Shown here: positions 51,777-62,374 of the stretch, in pieces
Position numbering within the stretch: the first letter of the stretch is position 1
How the letters are laid out: every line of letters starts with the position of its first letter
DNA from: Salisapilia sapeloensis CBS 127946
Taxonomy: Eukaryota; Protista; Oomycota
NCBI GenBank assembly: GCA_023334545.1
Contig: JAADVB010000020.1
Location: 62,001-126,000 of the forward strand
Length of the DNA: 64,000 nucleotides
Direction of reading: 5' to 3'
Notes under the pieces: model-generated
The model's input: only the letters and a program-made list of their open reading frames with translations
Database searches by the model: none
What the model was told of the DNA's origin: nothing
Translations under genes and position numbers: made by a program

Positions 51777-51786
51777 CTATAAATAA
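51777..51786. promoter_or_regulatory. Perfect MEF2 consensus CTATAAATAA (also a TATA box) in the channel/kinase bidirectional promoter
   Basis: Matches YTA(W)4TAR; about 105 bp from the channel ATG and about 145 bp from the kinase ATG. Confidence 0.35.
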
Positions 51787-51929
51787 CTTGGATAAGGCTT
51801 CTACCTGTCTAGCTACGTGCTGTGCTTCCTCTACGTGCAGACCTGACGTACTTTCAATCGGTCAGCATGCTCATCAGATCGAAGAATTGACCGGCTGCAC
51901 AGTTTCTTGGCCATTACCAAATATCGAAG

Positions 51930-54215
51930 ATGGTCCGACATGGTTCGTCGAAGCGAGAGCGGTCTCGCATAGAGCGCGTCTTTCGCGCGCTGTCACAGCC
52001 TTCGGACACCGTCTTCTCTGACCGTGCAAATTCTTCCCCCATGTCGACGCGAACGAGCCTCGACTACGATGGTACTAACAGCCGGCAGACACAATCACCG
52101 TCGCTCGAACGAGTCGACTGGCATGATACGCAAAGGGGAAATGGCGGAGAAGCGGAGGAACATATCTCCTTGGAGCGAATGCGTTCACAGAGGTCTGTTC
52201 GTTTCCTAAGACCAGGCAGGAATACCGTCCAACAGCTTCTGAATCAGAGGTCCAGTAGTGACGATGAGGAGGATGGACATGAAAGCAGTTCACCGTCAGG
52301 AAGGACGATGGAGTCGATTAGTGCGACACTGATGAAACCAGACAAGGAAATCTTCTCGCTCTGGACGGCATACTTTCTAGATAACCATCTCGAAGGCCAG
52401 TATCAGGACTACACGACAGTCCACTGGTTCCCTCGCGCTCGGTGGTACGTTCTATTACTCGTCACGCTGCATTTTTGTGCTTGCGTCTTGCTCTATGCAC
52501 TACCAACAGCTCGGTACGCTGGACTTGTGCTCATCATTCTGTCTCATGACTCCGTCTGGACATGGTGCATGGGCATCTACATGCTCTTTGCATTACCATT
52601 TTCATTACTTCCACGAGCTTTAAACCCATTCCAGTACCGCTGGAGGTCGTGGATCTGCGTCATGCTCATTCTTTTCGTCACCTTCTTCCAGATTTGGCTC
52701 GCGGATGCCAACAAACGAGCATTCGACGTGTATAAAGCTGTCGTAAATCTCATGCTCACATGCAAAGTAGAGGACTGGGCATCTCTCGTGAATGGGGATA
52801 TGACAGGTTTAGGCAATGTGCCTGCGAATATGTCCATTGATATCTCTGGTAGCTTATTGACAGATCTCATCGACGCAGAAGCAAAGCTAGAACAATTATC
52901 CGCGACGCGAGCGGTCCAATTTTTCTCAGATGCATTAGTCAAACTCCTAGCTACCTACACGTCTCTCTTCTCTCTCGTCTTTGCAGCGTCCATCCGACTC
53001 GAGTTCGTCCAAATGACGTTGCTAGGTGTCACATCTCTCACTGCTTACATCGTTATAATGTTCGCATATTCTTTCGAAGTAGAGTACATGTCGACCACAG
53101 CGTTCGTCTTTGGTGTCGTCGCGTCCTGCACTTGGAGTCATGCTTCTGGACGTATCAATCGTCGTTCCTATCTCTCCCATTTTGTTGTCGAAAGAGAGAA
53201 CCTCATGCTACAGTCTATCCTTAGTCAAGCAGAAGCTGAGCTACGGAACGGAGACGCATGTGAAGAAGAACGACAGGTAGTACAGCACGTTTTGAATACG
53301 AGCGACATGCAGCACTTGGCGCTTGTCCACATCGCTTTCTCCGATCTGACGTTCCTCCAAGCTGTTGGAAAAGGGTCCGTGGGAGACGTGATTAAAGCCA
53401 AGTACTTTGGCACAGTCGTCGTCTGCAAACGAATGCGTCGGGAGATGATTACACCAGACGCATTAGCATCCTTCCGTGACGAAATTGAACTCATGGCTTG
53501 TCTCCGTCATCCGAATATCGTCCAGTTCATCGGTGCGAGCTGGGATAACTGTTCTAATCTTTGTATCGTGATGGAGTACTTGGAGAATGGAGACATGCAC
53601 TCGGTACTTCACTCTAGCATCGGTGGTGGATTCACCTGGTCCGACCCGTTGCTAAAAATGGCCATCGATGTCGTTCAAGGCATGCTGTACTTACACTCGC
53701 AAGAAGCTTCGATCGTCCATCGGGACTTGAAATCTGTCAATGTCCTTTGCTCTGCTACCTACGGTTGTAAAGTGGGTGACTTTGGTCTCAGTCGGCGATA
53801 CAGAAAGGATGTCGATGCTCTGAAGACACAAGTCGGAACGCCGTTTTGGCTCGCACCGGAGATTATTCGGAACGAAAACTACGGTTGTTCAGCAGACGTC
53901 TACTCGTTCGGGATCGTCCTGACCGAGTTGGAAACGAGGCAAACGCCGTATCATGATGTCGATGACTCGAGGATGCGAGTGTTGTCAAGAGTCTCGAATG
54001 ACCAACTACGACCTTCGTTGCCGCCAAACACTCCACACGAGCGTCGACAACTAATTAAAGACTGCCTGAAGAATAATCCAGCGGACCGTCCAACCTTTTC
54101 ACAAGTGCTAGCAAGGCTACAAGGTCCGATTTATCGTGAAATCGAAATCCACACAGAACAGGATATGCTCGACCCTCGATTACATCTGCGATCTTCCCAA
54201 GCTCCTGGCAGGTAG
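51930..54215 (+). CDS. Multi-pass membrane TKL-family protein kinase
   Basis: Several TM helices, then VGKGSVG, CK, HPNIVQFIGA, HRDLKSVN, DFGLSR, GTPFWLAPE and DVYSFG. Confidence 0.92.
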   Translation: MVRHGSSKRERSRIERVFRALSQPSDTVFSDRANSSPMSTRTSLDYDGTNSRQTQSPSLERVDWHDTQRGNGGEAEEHISLERMRSQRSVRFLRPGRNTVQQLLNQRSSSDDEEDGHESSSPSGRTMESISATLMKPDKEIFSLWTAYFLDNHLEGQYQDYTTVHWFPRARWYVLLLVTLHFCACVLLYALPTARYAGLVLIILSHDSVWTWCMGIYMLFALPFSLLPRALNPFQYRWRSWICVMLILFVTFFQIWLADANKRAFDVYKAVVNLMLTCKVEDWASLVNGDMTGLGNVPANMSIDISGSLLTDLIDAEAKLEQLSATRAVQFFSDALVKLLATYTSLFSLVFAASIRLEFVQMTLLGVTSLTAYIVIMFAYSFEVEYMSTTAFVFGVVASCTWSHASGRINRRSYLSHFVVERENLMLQSILSQAEAELRNGDACEEERQVVQHVLNTSDMQHLALVHIAFSDLTFLQAVGKGSVGDVIKAKYFGTVVVCKRMRREMITPDALASFRDEIELMACLRHPNIVQFIGASWDNCSNLCIVMEYLENGDMHSVLHSSIGGGFTWSDPLLKMAIDVVQGMLYLHSQEASIVHRDLKSVNVLCSATYGCKVGDFGLSRRYRKDVDALKTQVGTPFWLAPEIIRNENYGCSADVYSFGIVLTELETRQTPYHDVDDSRMRVLSRVSNDQLRPSLPPNTPHERRQLIKDCLKNNPADRPTFSQVLARLQGPIYREIEIHTEQDMLDPRLHLRSSQAPGR

Positions 54216-54443
54216 ATCATCTAGTAAGATTTCTATTCGATATAAAGATAAAAGTGAAGTTGTCGTACCACTTCAAGCTGTCCATACCGCATATTGGCTT
54301 GTTTGATTGATTTGTATCATCAACACGCAGTTTTTAGTGCATGTAAACTTTTAAGCCAATCCGATCGCTCGAAAGAGGGTCGAAATATTCGATTTTCATT
54401 TGAAAGGTCTAGAATTCAAATCGCAATAAATCCAATCGCAAGT

Positions 54444-55603
54444 ATGTTCGGTCGCTTCCTCCGTCGCCATGGCCAAGTCGGTGCGCTCGCAGTGGGCGCC
54501 CCCATCGCAATGCTCACCTCCTCCACTGCCCATGCAGACTCCCACGTGTACACTAGCGGGTAATGCCTATGTCGCCTCTAATCTGAGCAGCGATCACACG
54601 CTGCTTAGCGACGTCTAAGATGATGCGTTAACATGGTCGAAAACAGAGAAGTGCTGGGACGAGGTGTTCGATTGGAGTACTGGAAGGCCAAGGTAAGCTT
54701 TTATTCCGTACACACGTCTAGGAGTATGATTCTTATCTAGTTGCAAATAGCATGAAAACGTGGCCGTTTTGGACTTTGAGAACGAGTTCATCCAATTGGG
54801 CATGACACGCATCCGCGATCACCGAAACGAAGGTCCACATCAATTCATACGCATCTGATCCCATCCCTGATAACAATCTGATCATTCGAATAGGCGACAG
54901 CTTTACGCGTGATGCTAACGCTGTCCTTCGTGCCTCGATTGGCATGGCCCTGGCTCAGCTTCCCAACGATGAAGAGGTATGCTCCACCTTTTAATTGTCT
55001 CTTCAACCTATATTCATCCATCTATAGGCTGTCGTGAAGACGCCTGCAGGGTACAAGGCCCAAGGTTTGATGCTCGAAGATGGCGTAAAGGTCTGTGCTA
55101 TCAGCATCGTGGCGAATCCGGAGCTCGAGGAAGACCTGTACAAGGTGATGGAAGAGTCACTTCCGTTCGAGTCTAAGGTTGGCAACATCATGGTGAACAA
55201 GCTGGGCACAGGAGATGGACGTATCGTCAAGGACAACATTCCGGACGACGTCGCGAGCTACCAAGTCCTTCTTGTCTGCCCTGACTTCCCGTCCTTTGAG
55301 CATATCAACTCCAGTATGGAAGCACTGACTGCGCGTGGTGTCAAGCAAGAAGACATTACGGTCGTCACCCTAGTCACGTGCCCAGAGGCAGCGGACAAGT
55401 TCTGTGAAACGTACGCCGATGCGCATCTTGTCACTGCTTCGTACGATCACTCTCGCGATAAAAAGGGTCGTATCATCCCTGGCATTGGTCAGTTTGAAGA
55501 CCGATACTTGGGTGCCCAAAGTGGCATCGTCCAAGACGCGACGTTGGAAAAGCCGTCAGAAGAATCGTCTTCTTCTTGGTGGCCGTTTGGTGGGTCCAAG
55601 TGA
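54444..55603 (+). CDS. Uracil phosphoribosyltransferase-like protein with degenerate PRPP motif and presequence-like N-terminus, 5 exons
   Basis: Predicted introns 54560-54646, 54693-54750, 54833-54893 and 54977-55027. UPRT fold cues VVKTPAG, VCAISI and C-terminal GRIIPGIGQFEDRY. Confidence 0.75.
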
Positions 55604-55728
55604 AGCGAAAGAGGAATACAACAATCTCTTTAGAAAAAAATCTTTTCTTAGATACTTGTACCGACGATGTACCAACTCATAACAACAAAACGATCCAGAA
55701 CGAAAGAATCGCATCTACCTCGACGACG

Positions 55729-56944
55729 ATGCCTCTGAATTATAAAGTACAGTTTGCTGATGGAGCTACGATAAAGCTCATGGGATTGCCGGATGCAACG
55801 ACATTGGATGAACTTCGAGCGAAATTGTATGAAAAGTCTGGTGTCCAGCCAGAGGCGCAGCATCGTACGTACCATGCCGACGCTTGAGCTTCCAAGTCAC
55901 ACATGACATCTTACTCATCACGTAGTGCTTACTGGTTTCCCGCCGAAACCTGTTGAAGGCGATGGGGTATGACGATGCTCATAATTAGAATGGATTGACG
56001 TCATGAATGACATGTATGCATAGTCGAGTAAATTATCTGACCTCGGCATCACGTCTGGCGCCGTCCTCATTGTGAAAGAGCGTATGGAAATCTCAACTTC
56101 GACGAATGCAAGCAAGAAAATCTTCATGCGTCGGGTCGTTCCAGCAGACAATAGCTGTCTTTTCAATTCCATTGGGTATCATTCGCTTAATAATCGTCTC
56201 TGCTACGCTTCTAATGCACATTAAGCTATGCATTGGGAAAAGGCAAGCAGGGAAACGGTGCTGAAATGCGCAAGTTGATCATTGATACCATCAAACGTCA
56301 TCCGGATCGATATACCGAAGTTTTCCTCGGTCGACCGGTAGAAGAGTACTGCACGTGGATCCAGAACGACGCGTCGTGGGGAGGTGAGATCGAGCTCGAG
56401 ATCTTGTGCAAGTTCTACAAGGTCGAGATCGTGGTCTTTGACGTCACCAGCATGAGTCGTCTGTGCTACGGTGAAGACCAAGGCTTCACGCAGCGCATGT
56501 TCCTTCTCTACGACGGCGTCCACTACGACATCGTCGTCGAGACACCTTCTAAATCAGCTTCTGAAAGCCAAGACACGACGCTCTTTTCTATCAATGACTT
56601 TGCCAAGGTACTTGCATCTGATACAATAACAACAAATGTACAGCAAGTGATGTGGTTGGTACTAGGTGGAGAAAGCGAGTGAAGTAGCGATCGAAGCACA
56701 TCAGGTATCTTGCATACATACCATCTCCTATGCATCTCCTCTAAGCATACCTGATAGAACCATGAATACACCGACCTTAATCGCTTTAACATCCAATGCA
56801 TGGATTGCCGTCAACCTTTTGTCGGAGAGGTAGCTTTCATCGTCTCCTACCATACTCGCAATCGACTAACACTCTTCGTAGAAAGAAGCACAGGAGCATG
56901 CGATGCAGACCGGACACCAGCGTTTTGGCGAAGTCAAGCATTAA
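55729..56944 (+). CDS. OTU1: OTU1/YOD1 deubiquitinase (ubiquitin-like, OTU and C2H2 domains), multi-exon
   Basis: LLTGFPPK, catalytic VPADNSCLFNSIG, WGGEIEL, LLYDGVHYD and C-terminal CMDC...HAMQTGHQRFGEV. Confidence 0.92.
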
Positions 56945-57003
56945 TAGACAAGACACTTGTTTCGTACTTGTATCAATTCTTATTAGTTAAAGCAAAGAGC
57001 TAC

Positions 57004-58491
57004 TTAGGAAGTAAATTCAGCTGACGTCGAGTGCAATGGACTGCGGATGCTTACAGGCGCAGGCTGTGTCATCCTCGCTGCCTCTTCATCCTCCTCCATC
57101 TCTTTCTTCGCTTTGTCCACAACCTTGGTGTACCAGACTAAGCTCCCGATGCTGACGACACTGAGCAAGATGTCGATGATAAATACGGGCGTCAACGTCG
57201 AGATGGCTGCTGGGACGAGCGGCAAGACGATCCGAGAGACAGATGCAGCTGAACCCAAGAGTCCCATCAACGTTCCTTGCGGCCTGCCTCCGAGCAATTT
57301 AGAGAAAGCTGCAACGACGACAGCAGTCGTAATGGGGCAACCGATGCTCCAGACGAACAGTTCACTGATAATTAGACGAGGGAAGGACAGGCTGTCGGGC
57401 GCGATGACCAAGAGCAGATTTCCAATGGTCAGCATACCGAAACCAGTGAGAACCCACGACACATCCGAGATGGAGTGACGGAAGTACTCGATGGAAAAGT
57501 ATGTTAACAAACCAAGGAGACCGAGGTAGAATTGGAAGTTGGATGCCGTGACGACTGCCGAGATACTATCCGGATCACTTCCGGTAACTTGGAGGAAGAG
57601 TGGTATGTTGACTGTCTCAAAGACAGACAAGATACCGCGAGCGTTAAAGTTCAAAAGGATGAAGACACCAGCACCAATCTTGACGATTCGATCCGGCAAG
57701 GACGTGTGACTATCCGTGGAACCGGCACCGGACGTTGGGCTGCTCGGAGGACCATCCTCTTTCCTCACGGACTCGTCAAACACAGTTAGCATGAGCATAA
57801 TCGTGAGCGCGTTAAGAGAGATGAGGATGACACCAGGGGATGTGAAGCGGTTGAAGTGGATACCGAGCAAAAAGGCATCGGCTTCCGCCACCAGGCTACC
57901 TAGTCCAGGAGTCAAGGCATATCCGAGGAAGACGACCGTTGCAAGGATCGTCAAGTACTTTAGTCGCTGGTGGACGTGCGTCATGGCAGCAACATTGGCT
58001 CGACAGACGCTTCGATTGCCAGCACCAAAGCCAACGAGAAAGCGACTGATTGCCAAGAGGTAGAGACTGTCCGTCACATGAGCATCTGCGATGAGATAGA
58101 GAAGATTGCCTAGGAGGCAGATGGCGGAGGATACGATGTACACGAAACGGAACGAGTACTTGTCACACATCCAGCCAAAGACTGTGGAGGATATGAGTCG
58201 ACCGACGGAGAAGACGGACGTGAGGAGACCCATGAAGGCCAAATCACCACCTAGAGACTTGTTGTAAAGGAAGAGCGTGGCGAGCACGATACCTCTCGAG
58301 GACTCGGCTGAGAACTCGACAAAGTTGATGAGAAACATGTTGAGCAGCCATCGCATGCGCCGACTGGTTGGTGAAGGCAGGACGGATTTGTCCGCATTGG
58401 TTGTATCATCCGTGGATACCGTGATGGAGCCGTAAGACTGCACCGGCGTCCTGGGCGTTCCAGCAGCAGAAACTGGTGTCGTCTGAGTCAT
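57004..58491 (-). CDS. MFS transporter (MFSD8-like)
   Basis: About 12 TM helices; GRLISSTVFGWMCDK, SRFLVGFGAG and QGTLMGLLGSAASVSRIVLP. Confidence 0.88.
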   Translation of the reverse strand: MTQTTPVSAAGTPRTPVQSYGSITVSTDDTTNADKSVLPSPTSRRMRWLLNMFLINFVEFSAESSRGIVLATLFLYNKSLGGDLAFMGLLTSVFSVGRLISSTVFGWMCDKYSFRFVYIVSSAICLLGNLLYLIADAHVTDSLYLLAISRFLVGFGAGNRSVCRANVAAMTHVHQRLKYLTILATVVFLGYALTPGLGSLVAEADAFLLGIHFNRFTSPGVILISLNALTIMLMLTVFDESVRKEDGPPSSPTSGAGSTDSHTSLPDRIVKIGAGVFILLNFNARGILSVFETVNIPLFLQVTGSDPDSISAVVTASNFQFYLGLLGLLTYFSIEYFRHSISDVSWVLTGFGMLTIGNLLLVIAPDSLSFPRLIISELFVWSIGCPITTAVVVAAFSKLLGGRPQGTLMGLLGSAASVSRIVLPLVPAAISTLTPVFIIDILLSVVSIGSLVWYTKVVDKAKKEMEEDEEAARMTQPAPVSIRSPLHSTSAEFTS

Positions 58492-58685
58492 CTGCAGGTG
58501 GAGGAAAGATGGAAAATAACGTTGTGGCTAGCATCCTACAAGGTCAGCCCTCAGTCGTGTGCCATCGAATCTCTTGCTTATTTTTGTATCATGAAAAGAC
58601 ACCAAACTGATATTTTGGTCTTAGCCACTTTGTATGACGCCGGATTTTTATGAGACATGTCCTGACGATCCAGCGTGCGTCATCG

Positions 58686-58710
58686 CCAATCCAGGCACGC
58701 GTACGCCAAT
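58686..58710. promoter_or_regulatory. Paired CCAAT boxes in the MFS/RRP42 bidirectional promoter
   Basis: GCCAAT at 58685 and 58705, 20 bp apart; CCAAT is an established oomycete promoter element. Confidence 0.4.
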
Positions 58711-58882
58711 TAGTACGTTTTAGAGAGCAAAGCTGAAAATTAGCTGGATTTTATACGTATGAGTTAACATGACGAAAAACGGAAACATCGATTGAAGATA
58801 CTGAATTTTAAATTCGAAAGATTTGGTACGTATCAGGTACGGAGGTGGTACGATTCGAACACCAACCGATCAGCGTTGAAAA

Positions 58883-59824
58883 ATGCTGGCGATCAGTGCG
58901 TCGGAGCGCCAATTTATTGCCGAAGGTGTCGCTGCTGGCGTCCGTGCAGATGGACGAGGACGGTTACAGTTTCGAGATGCAGTCGTCGAGACTTCCTTGC
59001 TCCCACAGTCCAATGGGTCGGCACGCATCTTCTTAGCAAACGGAGCAGCAAGCGACCTCTTGGCATCCGTGAAATTAGAAGTCGCGAAACCACCGACATC
59101 GAGACCTTCGGAGGGGATCTTCGAAGTAGCTGTCACATGCAGTCCGTCCGTCTCACGCAAGCTATCCGGAAGAGCTGCTGATGACTTAAATGCGGAGTTG
59201 TCTCAGCGAATGACTAGATTGATCACTTCTTCCATATCTCCGGAATGCAAGCAGAGACTATGTCTTGTTAAAGGCCAAAGCGTCTGGGCCGTTCGTGTGG
59301 ATGTCACTGTTTTCGAAGCTGGAGGCAATTTAGATGACCTCATCGCTCTAACGACGTACGCTGCCATTTCCGACACCGTTGTTCCAAAGATTGATGTTTT
59401 GTCTGGTGTTGAACCTGAAGGTGAGACCAGCTCTGGTCCCGTATTGGAAGTCGAAGCAGATCCAGCAGTCGGATCGTCCCTGCTTACCTACGACGTCGCA
59501 AACAGTGAATCGACCGATGCCATGAATTGGCCAATATGCGTTACATTGGCCAAGATCGGCCATGCATTTGTCCTTGACACAACCTTGGAGGAAGAACAAT
59601 GTGCTGATGGTCGGATAACGGTGGCAGTTGATAGAAATGGTCAGATTGGAGGCATCCAAAAGACAGGAAGTGCAGCATTAGATCCGAAAGAATGCCAGCA
59701 AATGGTGGACGAAGCATGTGATCGTGCCAAACTACTTTTCCAGCGAATGGAAGGTGCCATCCAGAAACAGCAACAGGAACAGTCGCAGGGTAGCCGACAA
59801 GAAAGATTAGGCTTTCTTCGTTAA
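58883..59824 (+). CDS. RRP42: Exosome complex component RRP42 (EXOSC7)
   Basis: SASERQFIAEGV..GVRADGRGRLQFR, NGSARI, WAVRVDVTV..AGGNL, PICVTL, GIQKTG. Confidence 0.92.
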   Translation: MLAISASERQFIAEGVAAGVRADGRGRLQFRDAVVETSLLPQSNGSARIFLANGAASDLLASVKLEVAKPPTSRPSEGIFEVAVTCSPSVSRKLSGRAADDLNAELSQRMTRLITSSISPECKQRLCLVKGQSVWAVRVDVTVFEAGGNLDDLIALTTYAAISDTVVPKIDVLSGVEPEGETSSGPVLEVEADPAVGSSLLTYDVANSESTDAMNWPICVTLAKIGHAFVLDTTLEEEQCADGRITVAVDRNGQIGGIQKTGSAALDPKECQQMVDEACDRAKLLFQRMEGAIQKQQQEQSQGSRQERLGFLR

Positions 59825-59978
59825 GGAATAAGAATTTCTTTTCTTTTATGCATTTAACTTTATATCAGGTTCGGCCAATCGTTGTTCTCTCCACTTGGTA
59901 TCGCAATCTAAAGAAAAAGAAAAGAGAGCGCAAAGTCTGAAACTCGTGGTAGACAGACTTTTAGACAATTGAGCAGCT

Positions 59979-62288
59979 ATGACCGCCGTCTCGATTTTCT
60001 ATGGTTCCCAGACAGGCGCTGCCGAGTCCATTGCGCAACGTATATACGAAGAAGCGAATGACAAAGAGCTGGATGCCTCGCTACATCCTCTCAACGACTT
60101 TCAAAAAGTAGAGTATCTCTTGTTAAACCATTGGAGCTGCATGCTAAATGTGATATTATCTTGGAATAGTCAAAAGTACTGGAGACGGAAGGGCATCATG
60201 TTATCATCGTGACTTCGACGACAGGGAATGGAGACCCACCAGATAATGCAGACCGCTTCTGGCGTTTTGCCAAGCGACGGTCTCAACCAAAGGATCTCTT
60301 TGCCAATCTCCATTTCACCGTCCTAGGTCTTGGAGATACCAATTACGACCGATTTTGGTATGCACCACCAACGATGAAAGTACCATGATGCTGTTGATAC
60401 TGATAATGGATCATAGCCATATGGGCAAAAGCATTAACCGGCGCATAGCGGAATTGGGCGGGCATCGTTTCTACGACATGGGTGCTTTGAATGCTTATAA
60501 TACAGTTTCATTACTCTGTTATTAATGACGAAATGTAGCCGCTGCAGATGAAGCGATGGGGTTGGAGGAGACGGTCGAACCTTGGCTGGACGGTCTCTGG
60601 GATGCCTTTGACAAGTCCATTGGAACCGTCAAAGCTACTTCTGACGCAGCAGGTAACGATGACGCAACGTCGGATGATATCTCATCGTCAGACGCGACGA
60701 CTAACAATACGACGACTGCTTCGTCGATGGCTACCTTGCCACCGAATCTTCAGACGTATGATATGCTCTTTGGTGCTTCCACTTCCACGGAAGCTCCAAC
60801 GGATGTACCACGCTTACAGAAACCTCTTGTAACAGTCCGCTTCTCTGAAAAATCGACTGAAGCAGAAACACCTGGAAACACGTCCGAGATTCAGGAATAC
60901 AGTCTAGAACACCCATACACAGCTCGTATCACCAACGCAGAGTACTTGACGACTGAGACGAGCTCCAGAAAGGTTCTAGGTGTGGAAATCGATGTTTCTG
61001 GCTCCGAAATGGCGTACAAGCCAGGTGACGCGATTGCAATCAAGTGCCCCAATCGATCGGATGAAGTCGACGGACTCCTTCATCGGCTTGGACTTAAAGG
61101 ACAGACGTGGTGTGGAGTGGAAGGCACCAAGAGTTCTAGTCGGAAAGCAAGCCCGGCAGACAGATTCCCATCCCATTGCTCCCTTCGCGATCTTTTCTTG
61201 CATCATGTCGACATTCGTAGTAGTCCTAAGAAGGGTGCTTTGAGAACTTTAGCAACGTTTTGCTTGAATGAAGAGGAGAAAGCAAGACTGCTATTACTCA
61301 GCAGCAAAGCCGGTGCAGACAAGTACAAGGTACATATATCATAAAAGACGATACGAACGATGACTCATAGCGTTTGATGTAGACAATGGTGACGGATCAA
61401 CAGCTCACGTTCCTCGAGGTGTTGCTTCTCTTCCGATCTTGCTCCCCGCCGTTGGACACGGTCCTAAGCCTACTTCCACAACTCATGCCTCGATACTACT
61501 CGGTCGCATCCTCTCCGCTTGGACCAAGAGGCTCCGACCGTATGTACATTGCACTGACTATCGTCAAGGAAGAGATCAATGACAAAGGACTCGTACGTCA
61601 TGGACTCTGCACCAACTGGCTGCATGACCTCTGTCAGCCTCTACTGACCGGATCTACCGTACCCTCGCCACTGGAAGTCCAGGTCTTCATGCGTCCTAGT
61701 CATGACTTTAGTCTCCCAGCTAGCCACAAGTGGCCTTTGATCTTGATTGGACCTGGCACCGGCGTCGCTCCTTTCATCGGCTTCCTCGAACATCGCTACT
61801 ACGAATTACAGAGGCATAACGAAGAACCGTCGGAAGTGTCGACTGGCTTCTGGCGAGGCGGCTTTGAAGTCCAGTTGCAAGACGATCCAGAGTACCGTTA
61901 TGCTCCTGCTTTGGAAAAGTCCAAAGACGGCAACTTGCTCTTCTTTGGCTGTCGCCATAAAGACGAGGACTGGATCTTCAAGCCACAGATGCACCAAGCG
62001 ATGGAGAATGGTACGCTTAGCAGTCTCTTCACAGCATTCTCAAGAGATCAAGAGGAGAAACATTACGTCCAGCATGATCTACGTACGAACGGGAAGCTCG
62101 TGTGCGACTTGTTACTCGAGTCGAATGGATATGTCTTTGTGTGTGGAGACGGCATGGATATGGCAAAGGATGTGCATGAAGCATTGGCTGATGTTTTGGA
62201 GACTCATGGGCACATGACAAAGGAAGAGGCAAAGGAAAAGCTGACGGAACTCATGACACGACAGCGTTATGTCCGAGATATTTGGTAG
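59979..62288 (+). CDS. MTRR: Methionine synthase reductase (diflavin flavodoxin/FAD/NADPH reductase), multi-exon
   Basis: IFYGSQTGAAESIA, STTGNGDPPDNA, LGLGDTNYDRF, PRYYSVASS, GLCTNWL, LIGPGTGVAPF, FFGCRH, FVCGDG and C-terminal YVRDIW. Confidence 0.9.
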
Positions 62289-62374
62289 ATTTATTCTTAT
62301 TCGCTTCGAATTCACGATCTCCCCGCTCCAAGGCGCAGAGATGGAAGACGAACCGAATCAATATATTCTCGCAC

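Noticed and set aside
54560-54646. Apparent in-frame stops in the UPRT-like 5' region suggesting a pseudogene
   Set aside because: A GT-AG intron (54560-54646, TTAAC branch) restores an open reading frame.
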